From: an uncultured Candidatus Saccharibacteria bacterium
GTDB taxonomy: Bacteria > Patescibacteriota > Minisyncoccia > Phycocordibacterales > 2-02-FULL-43-11
Assembly (NCBI GenBank): GCA_964348785.1
Contig: CAYGDO010000002.1
Span: 2,238-66,237, forward strand
Direction of reading: 5' to 3'
DNA: 64,000 nt
Shown: positions 8,435 through 18,239 of the stretch, piece after piece
Layout of the letters: each line of letters opens with the position of its first letter
How positions within the stretch are numbered: position 1 is the first letter of the stretch
Position numbers and translations under genes: made by a program
The notes under the pieces: generated by a model
Told to the model about the DNA's origin: nothing
The model's input: only the letters and a program-made list of their open reading frames with translations
Databases searched by the model: none

Positions 8435-9292
8435 CTATTTCAAACCGTTTTTAAATGCCTCGTAGGTCATTTCTTTTTTACCTTCCGGAATGACTCTTTT
8501 AATGGCAAAAATTTCATCTTGAAATGTTGCTTCCGTAATCTTCACTCTTATATCAAGACCCTTATGATTTTCAAAAAAATAAACGCCGAGAGTATCTTTT
8601 AAAGCCAAATATTTCAAATAATTTTTTAAATTGTCATCTTTAAAATCAATAAGACCATCTTCTTTTTTAAAAAGTTTGGTAAAAGTAGCTTCGTTGTGAT
8701 TTTGGACTACAGGTTTCAATTTGCCACTTAAATAATCCTCGATATCTTTTGCAAACAATTTAGCGCCAGCTTTAGCAAAAATTTCCTCTAAAACATCATA
8801 CGAAAGATGAAAGCCTGGCAACACAATGCCTATTTGAGACACAATATCTCCATGATCCACTTCTTCATCCATCTTCATAATAGTCACACCGACATTTTGC
8901 TCATTGTTTAAAATTTGATATTGAATAGGTGATGGGCCTCGATATTTTGGCAAAAGTGAAGGATGGATATTAAGAACCCCATACTTAGTAAAATCTAGGA
9001 AACTTTTAGGCAAAATTTTGCCAAAAGAGGCGACCAACAAAAATTCAGGATTATATTTTTTCATTTCACCTAAAAAGGCTTCGTCTATTTTTTCTACCTC
9101 CTTAACCTCAATTTTATTTTTTAGAGCTAAAAGTTTCAACGGAGAATCTTTCACAACCAAACCTCGTCCAGCTTTTTTGGGTACAGGACAAACAACTAAA
9201 ATAGGTTCCAAATTCAATTCTATTAAAGTTTTAAGGACAATAACCGATAGACGAGAACTGCCAAAAAAAATGTACTTCAATTTATTTTGCAT
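8435..9292 (-). CDS. fmt: Methionyl-tRNA formyltransferase (start set at internal Met MQNKLKYIFFG; ORF extends to 9334)
   Basis: N-terminal formyltransferase fold, NIHPSLLPKYRGPSPIQ motif, def-fmt synteny. Confidence 0.85.
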   Translation of the reverse strand: MQNKLKYIFFGSSRLSVIVLKTLIELNLEPILVVCPVPKKAGRGLVVKDSPLKLLALKNKIEVKEVEKIDEAFLGEMKKYNPEFLLVASFGKILPKSFLDFTKYGVLNIHPSLLPKYRGPSPIQYQILNNEQNVGVTIMKMDEEVDHGDIVSQIGIVLPGFHLSYDVLEEIFAKAGAKLFAKDIEDYLSGKLKPVVQNHNEATFTKLFKKEDGLIDFKDDNLKNYLKYLALKDTLGVYFFENHKGLDIRVKITEATFQDEIFAIKRVIPEGKKEMTYEAFKNGLK

Positions 9293-9884
9293 GATTCTTT
9301 TGATGTTTTTCCAATTCTTCTCTAGTAATTTCAACCAAATTTGTAGCCTTATCTATAAAAAGAGTGCCCTTCAAATGATCTGTCTCGTGTTGAAAAATTT
9401 GAGAAATTAGACCGCTCGCACCATAATTTATTTTATTGCCATTAAAATCAAAAGCTTCCAATTTTACCTTTTCACATCTTTTAACCTTGCCATACAAAAG
9501 ACGGACACTAAGACAACCCTCATCCATCTCTTTCATTTTTTTAGAAGTGCTTACAATTAAAGGATTAATAAAAACAAAATCACCTTCAAAATTGGCAATT
9601 TTTATGTTTTTCTTTTTTTCTTTTTTTTCAGTTTCAACCTCTTGTTTATCTTTTTTAGCCTCTCTAGAGTTTGATAAAAAAACACTGCCGAGTACGACAA
9701 AAATATTGAGCGAGACGCCGATTTGAGGAGCGGCAATAGCAACTGCGTCCGCCTCCTGATGAAGACCATCTATCATCTTTTTAATTATTTTTTTCAACTC
9801 CTCCGTACCAAACAAATTTAAAGGGACATCCTTAGCTGTCTCCCTTAAAACCGGATGTTCTTTTTGTAATATATCTATAGTCAC
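9282..9884 (-). CDS. def: Peptide deformylase (with K/E-rich low-complexity insertion)
   Basis: Motifs IAAPQIG (motif 1), EGCLS (motif 2), QHETDHL (motif 3). Confidence 0.85.
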   Translation of the reverse strand: MTIDILQKEHPVLRETAKDVPLNLFGTEELKKIIKKMIDGLHQEADAVAIAAPQIGVSLNIFVVLGSVFLSNSREAKKDKQEVETEKKEKKKNIKIANFEGDFVFINPLIVSTSKKMKEMDEGCLSVRLLYGKVKRCEKVKLEAFDFNGNKINYGASGLISQIFQHETDHLKGTLFIDKATNLVEITREELEKHQKNHAK

Positions 9885-9930
9885 AAAATTAGAATAACCT
9901 ATTTAAAAAACCTTGCAAATGAAACATTCA

Positions 9931-10045
9931 CCCCATTAGAAGCCACGGACATTGAATTTAGATCAAGAAATATTTTTAATAATTATCAAAAATCCAACCG
10001 CAAACAAACATCAATATCCTATATATGTCCTCACCTCTAACGGGA
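9931..10045. repeat. MITE-like palindromic repeat, copy A (degenerate), TIRs CCCCATTAGAAG / CCTCTAACGGGA
   Basis: Shares terminal inverted repeats and internal tagat(c/t)aag motif with copies at 11984, 22057, 57136; right end abuts priA stop codon. Confidence 0.5.
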
Positions 10046-11893
10046 CTAGAATAAATTATCAGGATTGACCTCGACACTAATTCTACTTGGTAATGACATC
10101 AAAATTTCAGCCAATGTTTTGTCTGGCCAAGCATCCTTACTGAGCTTTATAAGAGCTCTGCCTTCCTTAAAAACTGAAAACAAAAATGGATTGTAATCTT
10201 TTAAGGTCTCTCTTATCAAATCAGCGTCTTTGGATTTTTCATCACCTTTCCATTTCAACAAAATCAAAAAACCATATGGGGGATAGGAAAGTGATTTTCT
10301 GTCTCTTAATTCTTCATTGTAAAAATCAAACAAATTACCATCTTTAATTCTAGAAATAACTCTTGAAACATCATCTTTGGTTTGAATAAAAAATCTCTTG
10401 CTGGCTTTACTCAAAGAAAAAACCATTGTCCTCAAGGCAATTTCTTCGGAACTAAATCCTGGGATATTGGAAAACGATTCAGCCGATAATACCGCCACCG
10501 ATTCAACTTCCTCAAAAAGAGCGTTTAAAGACATTTCTGTACCCACCAAAACAGAGCCCGGCGAATCAAGAAAACTTTTTATAGTCTTTTCTATTTTTGC
10601 TTCACCTTTTGTTGAATCCTTATCAAGACGAAAAATCTTTTTTTCTGGAAAACGTTCCTTTAGATTTTCTTCGACTGATTCACTACCCAAACCAAAAGTT
10701 TTTAGATTCCAACTATCGCAATGCTGACATTTTGAACCTTTAGCCACAATTTCATTCAAACATTTGTGACACATAAAAAATCTTTCTCCCAAATTAGAAT
10801 GAAGAAACATAAAAGACTGACAATTTTGACACTTAATTGCCAAACCACAATCTCCACAAAAAATATAAGGCGATATCCCACGTCTTGGAACCAAAACAAA
10901 AGCTCGAGAATTATTTTCGACAGAACCGATAAAATTGAGAAACTCTTGATTTAAAATTCTATCATCCTTTTTTTGTGATTGTTTTTCAACGAGCTCAGAA
11001 ACAAATATCTCCGCTTTTGGTTTAAGACGAAAAGAAGCAGGTATATCCTCATATATTGAACCTTCTCTAATACGCTCCACTGTTTCAACTCGGAGCATCA
11101 CATCACCAAGAATCAATCTAAAACCAGCAAACTTTGCATAAGATTCAATAAAAAATCTAAAATCAACATACGGTCGGCCTTCTTTTTTGTAAAATCTTGA
11201 ACCTTCTTCTTCCAAAATTATGGTGCTGATATCTTTTCTCTGCATTCCAACGAACTGAGGTGTTGAAATCATTAAAACTGGGTGTTCGGTCTCGGAAAAC
11301 TTAGAAAACATTTCGACAGCTTTTGCTTTTGGCATTCTTTGATGTATAAAAAATACATAATCACCGATACCTTTTGAAACAGCGGTGGACCATTTTTTTA
11401 CAGAATCAACGGTGGGCAAGATAATTATCACCGATTTATTTCTAGCAAATTCCTCTCTTATAATTGTTCTGATTCTAGAAATTCTATCCTCAAATGAAGA
11501 TTGTATAGCTCGAACTTCTGGCAATCTACTTTGACTTTCGTAATTAGAAAAATTCAAAAAAGATGAGAAATTTTTTGGAGGCAACAAACTGTGAAGTGTT
11601 GCTCCTGGAGTACCACAAAAATAATTGGCAGTTTCTTTGACCGCTTCCATAAAAGCCTTAGAGAAAAAATTCTTCTGACTAATTCTTGAAATCTTACTCA
11701 TCTTAAAAGGTAAAGATTTGAGATAGCCCTTAGCCTCTGACACGTCTTCAATGGAATCAATTTTTGCCAAAATAATTCTATTTCGTAGGGGCACCTCTAA
11801 AAGATCACCCTCTTTGACATCCTCGGAGGTAAAATAATACAGACTTTTTTTTGGTATTCCTCTAGAAATCGGCAATACCGAAATTAGCTTCAT
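10046..11893 (-). CDS. priA: Primosomal protein N' (PriA) homolog lacking Walker A and with degenerate DEXH box
   Basis: N-terminal 3'-DNA-binding domain, Cys4-Cys4 zinc-finger insert (CGDCGLAIKCQNC...CHKC...CQHC), helicase motif II position reads IILEEEGSRFYKK instead of VIVDEEHDSSYK; no G..GSGKT P-loop anywhere; priA-def-fmt synteny. Confidence 0.75.
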   Translation of the reverse strand: MKLISVLPISRGIPKKSLYYFTSEDVKEGDLLEVPLRNRIILAKIDSIEDVSEAKGYLKSLPFKMSKISRISQKNFFSKAFMEAVKETANYFCGTPGATLHSLLPPKNFSSFLNFSNYESQSRLPEVRAIQSSFEDRISRIRTIIREEFARNKSVIIILPTVDSVKKWSTAVSKGIGDYVFFIHQRMPKAKAVEMFSKFSETEHPVLMISTPQFVGMQRKDISTIILEEEGSRFYKKEGRPYVDFRFFIESYAKFAGFRLILGDVMLRVETVERIREGSIYEDIPASFRLKPKAEIFVSELVEKQSQKKDDRILNQEFLNFIGSVENNSRAFVLVPRRGISPYIFCGDCGLAIKCQNCQSFMFLHSNLGERFFMCHKCLNEIVAKGSKCQHCDSWNLKTFGLGSESVEENLKERFPEKKIFRLDKDSTKGEAKIEKTIKSFLDSPGSVLVGTEMSLNALFEEVESVAVLSAESFSNIPGFSSEEIALRTMVFSLSKASKRFFIQTKDDVSRVISRIKDGNLFDFYNEELRDRKSLSYPPYGFLILLKWKGDEKSKDADLIRETLKDYNPFLFSVFKEGRALIKLSKDAWPDKTLAEILMSLPSRISVEVNPDNLF

Positions 11894-11929
11894 ACATAGA
11901 TTATCTAAGAAAAATGAAGTTTTGTATAC

Positions 11930-11975
11930 TCTGTAGACATCGGATGTCTACAGATTTAAAGTTTGCAACTTTAAA
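11930..11975. promoter_or_regulatory. Two adjacent perfect palindromes in priA/murA divergent intergenic region
   Basis: ctgtagacatc-g-gatgtctacag (11-bp arms) and atttaaagtt-tgc-aactttaaat (10-bp arms). Confidence 0.4.
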
Positions 11976-11983
11976 TGGGGAAG

Positions 11984-12093
11984 CCCCGTTAGAAGTCGGG
12001 TTATGTCAAAAAAATAACTAATTTTTAATACAAATATTGGTGAGTATTTTTTTAGATTAAGATCAAAAATAAAGTTTGCAACTTCTAACGGGG
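11984..12093. repeat. MITE-like palindromic repeat, copy B, TIRs CCCCGTTAGAAG / CTTCTAACGGGG
   Basis: Perfect 12-bp terminal inverted repeats 110 bp apart; AT-rich interior homologous to other copies. Confidence 0.55.
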
Positions 12094-12111
12094 TCATTTA
12101 AAATGACGTGA

Positions 12112-13413
12112 ATGAAATTAAAAGAAGAAAGCTTTGTCGTAGAAGGCTTAAATGGCGAAAGGAAACTAAAGGGCAAGATAAAAGTTAATGGTTCAAAAAA
12201 TGGAGCATTGCCACTTTTGTCTTCTATTTTTCTATTCAAAGGACCTGTTACTTTCACCAACGTCCCAAACATTGAAGATGTAAAAAGAATGTCTGAATTA
12301 TTTAAAGACTTGGGAGTAAAAGTTAAAAAAGGAAAAGATAGTTTGACTCTTGATGCGACCTTAGCCAATAAAAGTAATTTAACTAGAGAACTTTCAAAAA
12401 GACTACGCGCCTCTATTATCCTTTTAGGACCGATCCTTGGAAAAATGGGCAAAGTTCAATTTCCTCATCCGGGAGGTTGTGTTATTGGAGAAAGACCGAT
12501 TGATCTTTTCATAGATAATTTCAAAAAAATGGGATCATCTTTTGAAGAAAAAGATGGCACACATACAATCACGACCAAAAAGGAAGGTCTTTTGGGAACA
12601 GAAATTGTCTTTAAAATTCAGAGTGTCACAGCTTCAGAAACTTTTTTGATGGCTGGAATATTAGCCAAAGGTAAAACTGTATTAAAAAATGTTGCTATAG
12701 AGCCAGAAGTAACGGAACTCGCTCATTTCTTAAAAGCTTGTGGAGCAAAAATTGACGGCATTGGAACTACAACTTTAGAAATAGAAGGTGGGGAATTACT
12801 AAATTCACCATTAACTTCAGTCCCCGTAATACCTGATCGAATCGAAGCTGGTAGTTTTCTGATTTTGGGCGCTCTCTGTGGTAAAAATTTAATAATAGAA
12901 AATTGCGAACCGAAACATCTTGATGTGCCAATAAAAATTTTAGAAGAAATGGGCATTGATTTAGAAGTTGGAGAAAATTCAATTACCGTAAAAGGCCTAA
13001 AGAAAGGGTTCGAAAAAACACGTTCTACAAATGTTAAGACTCACGAGTATCCTGGATTCCCGACAGATATTCAAGCTCCAATGGTTGTCCTTCTTACTCA
13101 ATCAGAAGGTGAAGGAACAGTCTTTGAAACAATTTTTGAGGGCAGATTAAACTACACAGATGAATTAAAGAGAATGGGAGCGGATATAAAAATGTATGAC
13201 GCACACCACGTTACGATTAAAGGACCGACGCCCCTAAGAGGGAAAGATTTACAGAGTCCAGATATCAGAGCCGGCTTAGCATTTTTAATCGCAGCAACAG
13301 TTGCAGAAGGAAAATCAGTAATTGGTAATGCTTATCTGATAGACAGGGGCTATGAAAAAATAGAGAAAAGATTGAAAAAAATTGGCGTGGAAATAAAGAG
13401 AGTTAGCAATTAA
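12112..13413 (+). CDS. murA: UDP-N-acetylglucosamine 1-carboxyvinyltransferase
   Basis: KVNGSKNGALPLL N-terminal motif, full-length collinearity with MurA/EPSP-synthase fold. Confidence 0.9.
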   Translation: MKLKEESFVVEGLNGERKLKGKIKVNGSKNGALPLLSSIFLFKGPVTFTNVPNIEDVKRMSELFKDLGVKVKKGKDSLTLDATLANKSNLTRELSKRLRASIILLGPILGKMGKVQFPHPGGCVIGERPIDLFIDNFKKMGSSFEEKDGTHTITTKKEGLLGTEIVFKIQSVTASETFLMAGILAKGKTVLKNVAIEPEVTELAHFLKACGAKIDGIGTTTLEIEGGELLNSPLTSVPVIPDRIEAGSFLILGALCGKNLIIENCEPKHLDVPIKILEEMGIDLEVGENSITVKGLKKGFEKTRSTNVKTHEYPGFPTDIQAPMVVLLTQSEGEGTVFETIFEGRLNYTDELKRMGADIKMYDAHHVTIKGPTPLRGKDLQSPDIRAGLAFLIAATVAEGKSVIGNAYLIDRGYEKIEKRLKKIGVEIKRVSN

Positions 13414-13458
13414 AAAGATAAATTGGAAACTAATCCATTATTCTGATATATTCCAATC

Positions 13459-14478
13459 ATGAAATTCAATTTCTTCTCTCCAAAAATCGGCATTGATTTA
13501 GGTACAGTGAATACCTTAGTCTACACACCAAAAAAAGGCGTAATATTAAACGAACCCTCTGTTGTTGCCGTATCTGAACAAGAAAACAAAATTTTAGCTA
13601 TTGGCACTGAAGCCAAACAAATGATAGGAAAAACTCCCGACAGCATAGTGGCCTATAGACCAATAAGAGATGGTGTTATTGCGGATTATAGAGTGACAGA
13701 AGCGATGCTCAAATATTTTATCAACAAAGCGCTTGGAAGGTTTAATTTGTTCAAGCCAGATGTTTTGTTATCAGTCCCAGCCGGAATCACCTCAACAGAA
13801 AGAAGAGCGGTGATAGAAGCGGCGGTTAAAGCCGGAGCAAAAAATGCTTACGTCATAAAAGAACCGATCTTGGCAGCTATAGGAGCGGGTATTCCAATCA
13901 ATGAACCAATCGGCAGAATGATAATTGATATTGGAGGAGGCACAACAGACGTCGCGGTAATTTCTTTAGGTGGAATTGTGGCCTCAACGTCAGTAAAATG
14001 CGCCGGCGATAAAATCGATTCTGCAATTGCCGATTACATTAAAAAAACTTTCAATCTAGCGATAGGCGAAAGGACAGCTGAAGAAATAAAAATTAAAATT
14101 GGTTCTGCTGTTCCAGTCGAAGAAGAATTGACCATGACAATAAAAGGGCGAGATTTTGTTACCGGCTTACCAAGAGCAACAGAAATAAAAACCAACGAAA
14201 TAACTAAAGCAATAATGAAGGAACTTCGAGATATGATAAAAGCCATAAAAGACGTCCTTCAAGAAACACCGCCGGAATTATCAGCAGATATAATAGAAAA
14301 AGGGATAATAATGACTGGGGGAACCTCACAACTGCGAAATTTTCCTGAATTGGTTCTACGTAAAACTGGGGTCAAAGCAACCTTGGCAAAAGACCCTCTT
14401 CTTTGTGTTGCCAAAGGAACAGGTATCGCCCTAGAACATTTGGAAATTTACAAGAAAGCAATAACTTCCAAAAAATAG
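13459..14478 (+). CDS. mreB: Rod shape-determining protein MreB
   Basis: IGIDLGTVNTLVY phosphate-1 motif, DIGGGTTDVAV phosphate-2, actin-fold ATPase. Confidence 0.9.
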   Translation: MKFNFFSPKIGIDLGTVNTLVYTPKKGVILNEPSVVAVSEQENKILAIGTEAKQMIGKTPDSIVAYRPIRDGVIADYRVTEAMLKYFINKALGRFNLFKPDVLLSVPAGITSTERRAVIEAAVKAGAKNAYVIKEPILAAIGAGIPINEPIGRMIIDIGGGTTDVAVISLGGIVASTSVKCAGDKIDSAIADYIKKTFNLAIGERTAEEIKIKIGSAVPVEEELTMTIKGRDFVTGLPRATEIKTNEITKAIMKELRDMIKAIKDVLQETPPELSADIIEKGIIMTGGTSQLRNFPELVLRKTGVKATLAKDPLLCVAKGTGIALEHLEIYKKAITSKK

Positions 14479-15188
14479 TGTCCACAAAAGACGAAAAAAA
14501 ACATTTGCTAAATTTGTTATCTCAAATAAAATCTGACAGATTTCATCATGCTTATTTACTAAAAAACTTTAGCGAAGAAGAGTATAAAAGCGTCACAAGC
14601 GGAATAAAAGAAATTCTGGGCAAAAAATTACGACCGGAAGATTTTTTTGAAGAAAATATTGAAAATTTAGGCATTAAAGAATCAAGAAGTTTAAAAGACA
14701 GAGCTCAAGTTACACCACTTGGAGAATATAAAACATTTTTTCTAAAAATCTTATCAGTCACAAAAGAAGCAGAAAATGCTCTTTTAAAATTATTTGAGGA
14801 ACCGCCAGCTAGAAGTATCTTCTTTATCTTTTCAAAAAATATAGGACTTTCCAAAATACTTTTATCGAGAATGGTGGTTATTGAGGGGGAATTAGAAATA
14901 GACAATGAAATTTCAAAAAAAATATTTTCTCTAACAATAGGTGAAAAAATTGAATGGGCAAAAAAAATAGCTGATAAATCAAAAGAGGATGAAAATAAAG
15001 AAGAAATAATATCTTTGTTAAACTCAATAGAAAAAGAAATTATCAAAAAAAAGGGGGTAAACTTAAAAACTAAAGACATTTTAAAAGAACTAGAGCAGAG
15101 CAAAAGTTATTTAAAAGACAGATCGGCTGGAGCAAAAATGATTTTAGAGAACATTTTCATAAATATTCATAGATTATTCAAAGAATAG
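14478..15188 (+). CDS. holB: DNA polymerase III delta' subunit-like (HolB), probable GTG start overlapping mreB stop
   Basis: HAYLL... and ENALLKLFEEPP (cf. NALLKTLEEPP) and SRM (cf. SRC) motifs; ORF track start at 14403 would overlap mreB by 75 nt, GTG at 14478 gives TAGTG junction. Confidence 0.6.
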   Translation: MSTKDEKKHLLNLLSQIKSDRFHHAYLLKNFSEEEYKSVTSGIKEILGKKLRPEDFFEENIENLGIKESRSLKDRAQVTPLGEYKTFFLKILSVTKEAENALLKLFEEPPARSIFFIFSKNIGLSKILLSRMVVIEGELEIDNEISKKIFSLTIGEKIEWAKKIADKSKEDENKEEIISLLNSIEKEIIKKKGVNLKTKDILKELEQSKSYLKDRSAGAKMILENIFINIHRLFKE

Positions 15189-15222
15189 CTAGAAAATTTA
15201 CAAAATGATAATATAAGCATAT

Positions 15223-15774
15223 ATGGCATATAATTTTTCAAAATTAAAGGAAAAAGCAAAAAATTTACAAGAATGGTTAGGTAAGGAATTTGGAGGAGTA
15301 AGAACTTCCCGCGCCAATCCAAATATCTTGGATGCGGTTACAGTAGACGTCTACGGCTCTAAAATGCCAATAAGGCAATTGGCTTCAATAACCAATGAAG
15401 ATCCAAGGACAATGAGAATTGTTCCCTATGACACCACCCAGGCAAAAGCTATAGAAAAAGCAATTACTCTTGCTAATCTTGGCCTTTCGGTAGGAGCAGA
15501 TGACAAGGGCGTTAGAGTCTCTTTTCCTGATTTAACTTCAGAAAGAAGATTGGCGCTTATTAAGGTAGCAAAAGAAAAATTGGAGCAAGCTAAGATAAGT
15601 CTTCGAAAATTAAGAGATGAAGAAGTGGATGAAATTCAAAAAATGGAAAAAGCTAAAACCATAAGCGAAGATGAAAAATTCAGATTAAAAGCCGAATTAC
15701 AAAAAATTATAGACGGAGAATCAAAAATTCTTGACGATAATTTTGCCAAGAAAGAAAAAGAGATCTCTTCTTAA
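15223..15774 (+). CDS. frr: Ribosome recycling factor
   Basis: Full-length collinearity with RRF (GGVRTSRANPNILD...VDVYGS..P..Q.A.I). Confidence 0.9.
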   Translation: MAYNFSKLKEKAKNLQEWLGKEFGGVRTSRANPNILDAVTVDVYGSKMPIRQLASITNEDPRTMRIVPYDTTQAKAIEKAITLANLGLSVGADDKGVRVSFPDLTSERRLALIKVAKEKLEQAKISLRKLRDEEVDEIQKMEKAKTISEDEKFRLKAELQKIIDGESKILDDNFAKKEKEISS

Positions 15775-15776
15775 AA

Positions 15777-16871
15777 ATGACAGCAATCACTCTAATAATA
15801 ATTTTGGGCATATTAATATTCGTCCATGAACTGGGGCATTTTTTAGTTGCCAAAAAATCTGGTATTAGGGTGGATGAATTTGCACTAGGCTTCCCACCTA
15901 AAATTATCTCAAAAAAAGTGGGGGAGACAGAATACAAACTAAACCTCATTCCTTTAGGCGGTTATGTAAAAATTCACGGTGAAGATGGCGATCCAGAAAA
16001 CAACAAAGAAATAGACCCAAAAAGAACATTTGCCAACCAAAAAAACTGGATAAAAATAGCAGTTTTGTCTGCCGGTATATTGGGTAATATAATTTTTGCT
16101 TGGATTTTATTATCTTTCGGTTTTATGTTTGGATTACCTGCTGGAAATGCTGGAATTTTTTCTGATAGAGTGAAAGACAATAGAGTAATCATTCAAGAAG
16201 TTTTAATTGGTTCCCCAGCTGAAAAAATAGGTTTAAAAGTGGGGGATGAAATAATCTCTGCCAATAATGAGAAACAAACCTCAGCCGATAAAAGTCTAAG
16301 CGTAGATGGGGTAAAAAATGTTATAGAAACTTCTAGCGATAAAATAAAATTAGAAATTAAAAGACAAGAAGAAAAATTAAATTTTGAAATTTTACCCGAG
16401 ATCAAAGATGGTGGAGCAAAAAAAGTTGGCATAGCTATGGCTGAATTTGGCACACTCAAGCTACCATTTTATCTAGCGCCAATTGCCAGCGTGAAAGCTA
16501 CATACTTAATGACCAAAGAAACCGCATTTGGCATATCAGGTCTAATTAAAGAAGCTGTTTTAGGAAAAGCCAACTGGTCTTCCGTTTCTGGTCCAATTGG
16601 CATTGCAGGAATGGTTGGAAAGGCCAAAGCCGAAGGTTTTAGTTATCTGATAGTCTTAATTTCTCTCATATCTGTAAATTTAGCGGTCATAAATTTAATA
16701 CCAATACCAGCTCTTGATGGAGGTAGAATATTATTTGTCATAATAGAAGCTATCACAAGAAAACCTATAAAAACTAAAATTGCCCAGACCGTAAACACCA
16801 TTGGATTTTTATTGTTAATGCTTCTTATGCTTGTTGTCACTTATAAAGATATTGTTAAACTTATAAAGTAA
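15777..16871 (+). CDS. rseP: RIP zinc metalloprotease RseP (site-2 protease) with PDZ domain
   Basis: HELGHFLVAKKSGIRV HExxH in TM1, PDZ region GSPAEKIGLKVGDEIISAN, C-terminal LDGG motif. Confidence 0.85.
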   Translation: MTAITLIIILGILIFVHELGHFLVAKKSGIRVDEFALGFPPKIISKKVGETEYKLNLIPLGGYVKIHGEDGDPENNKEIDPKRTFANQKNWIKIAVLSAGILGNIIFAWILLSFGFMFGLPAGNAGIFSDRVKDNRVIIQEVLIGSPAEKIGLKVGDEIISANNEKQTSADKSLSVDGVKNVIETSSDKIKLEIKRQEEKLNFEILPEIKDGGAKKVGIAMAEFGTLKLPFYLAPIASVKATYLMTKETAFGISGLIKEAVLGKANWSSVSGPIGIAGMVGKAKAEGFSYLIVLISLISVNLAVINLIPIPALDGGRILFVIIEAITRKPIKTKIAQTVNTIGFLLLMLLMLVVTYKDIVKLIK

Positions 16872-16883
16872 TCTTTTAATTAA

Positions 16884-18137
16884 ATGCGACAATCCAACCT
16901 CTTCACCAAAACCAGAAAAGAAGCCCCTAAAGATGAAATCTCCAAAAACGCAGAACTGCTGATCCGCGCAGGATATATTCACAAAGAAATGGCTGGGGTT
17001 TATTCTCTACTTCCGCTTGGACTTAGAGTGATAAATAATATTTCTAATATTGTCAGAAAAGAAATGGACGCTCTAGGAGGCCAAGAAGTAACGCTCACTG
17101 TTTTGCAAGACAAAAATTTGTGGGAAAAAGCTGGCAAGTGGAGTGACGCGGTTGTCGATAACTGGTTCAAAACGAAACTAAAAAATGATTCTGAAATTGG
17201 ACTAGGTTATAGTCACGAAGCCGAACTAACTAATTTACTTAAAGATTATGTTCATTCTTGGAGAGATTTACCATTATTCATATATCAGATACAGACAAAA
17301 TTTAGAAATGAAGCTAGAGCAAAAAGCGGTATCATAAGAGGTAGAGAATTTTTAATGAAAGATATGTATTCTTTTTCAAGAACAGAAGAAGAACACGCAA
17401 CCTTTTACGAAAAAGCCAAAGACGCGTATAAAAATATTTTTAATAATATTGGTATCGGTGAGCAAACTTACATCACCTCTTCAAGTGGAGGAAGTTTTTC
17501 AAAATTTTCAGATGAATTTCAAACAATAACCGAGGCGGGAGAAGATGTTATCTATGTTTGTGAAAAATGCAAAATGGCAATCAATGAAGAAATCTACAAA
17601 GAAATGCCGGATTGCCCAAGCTGTCACAACAAAGATTTAATCAAAAAGAAAGCTGTTGAGGTAGGAAATATATTTAATTTGGGAGTCAATTTCTCCAAAC
17701 CTCTTGAATTAAATTTTGCAGATGAAACAGGAACTAAAAAAACTGTAATTATGGGATGTTATGGTATTGGTATTGGTCGCCTTATGGGAACAGTTGTTGA
17801 AGTCTTTGCTGATGATAAAGGTATTATTTGGCCAAAATCCGTCTCGCCATTTCAAGCACATATAATAGAAATAAATCAAAAAGAAAATAAAGAGGTAAAA
17901 GAATTAGTAGAAAAAATTTACAAAGATTTAGAAAAATCAAAAATAGAAACTCTGTTAGACGACAGAAGCTCGACAACAGGAGAAAAATTTGCCGACTCAG
18001 ATTTAATTGGTATTCCTTTTAGAATCATAATCAGTGAAAAAAGTCTCGGACAAAATACTTTTGAAACAAAAGATAGAAAAACCGGAGAAATAAAACAAAG
18101 AACTATTGAGGAAATAAAATCTTGGATTTTAGGATAA
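16884..18137 (+). CDS. proS: Proline--tRNA ligase, short form lacking INS editing domain
   Basis: N-terminus MRQSNLFTKTRKEAPKDEISKNAELLIRAGYI... collinear with bacterial ProS; class II motifs (FRNEARAKSGIIRGREFLMKDMYSF). Confidence 0.85.
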   Translation: MRQSNLFTKTRKEAPKDEISKNAELLIRAGYIHKEMAGVYSLLPLGLRVINNISNIVRKEMDALGGQEVTLTVLQDKNLWEKAGKWSDAVVDNWFKTKLKNDSEIGLGYSHEAELTNLLKDYVHSWRDLPLFIYQIQTKFRNEARAKSGIIRGREFLMKDMYSFSRTEEEHATFYEKAKDAYKNIFNNIGIGEQTYITSSSGGSFSKFSDEFQTITEAGEDVIYVCEKCKMAINEEIYKEMPDCPSCHNKDLIKKKAVEVGNIFNLGVNFSKPLELNFADETGTKKTVIMGCYGIGIGRLMGTVVEVFADDKGIIWPKSVSPFQAHIIEINQKENKEVKELVEKIYKDLEKSKIETLLDDRSSTTGEKFADSDLIGIPFRIIISEKSLGQNTFETKDRKTGEIKQRTIEEIKSWILG

Positions 18138-18239
18138 TTTTCTAAACTACAGCGAAAACTCAAGCACACAACACAAGAACTTATCAAAAAGTCAACCTGT
18201 TTTGTTTTTATAATTTTAAGTTATGATTACAAAACTCAG

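Noticed and set aside
14403-14477. ATG start at 14403 for the holB-like gene
   Set aside because: It would overlap the mreB 3' end by 75 nt and add a non-homologous Cys/Arg-rich N-terminus. An in-frame GTG at 14478 gives a tidy TAGTG junction.
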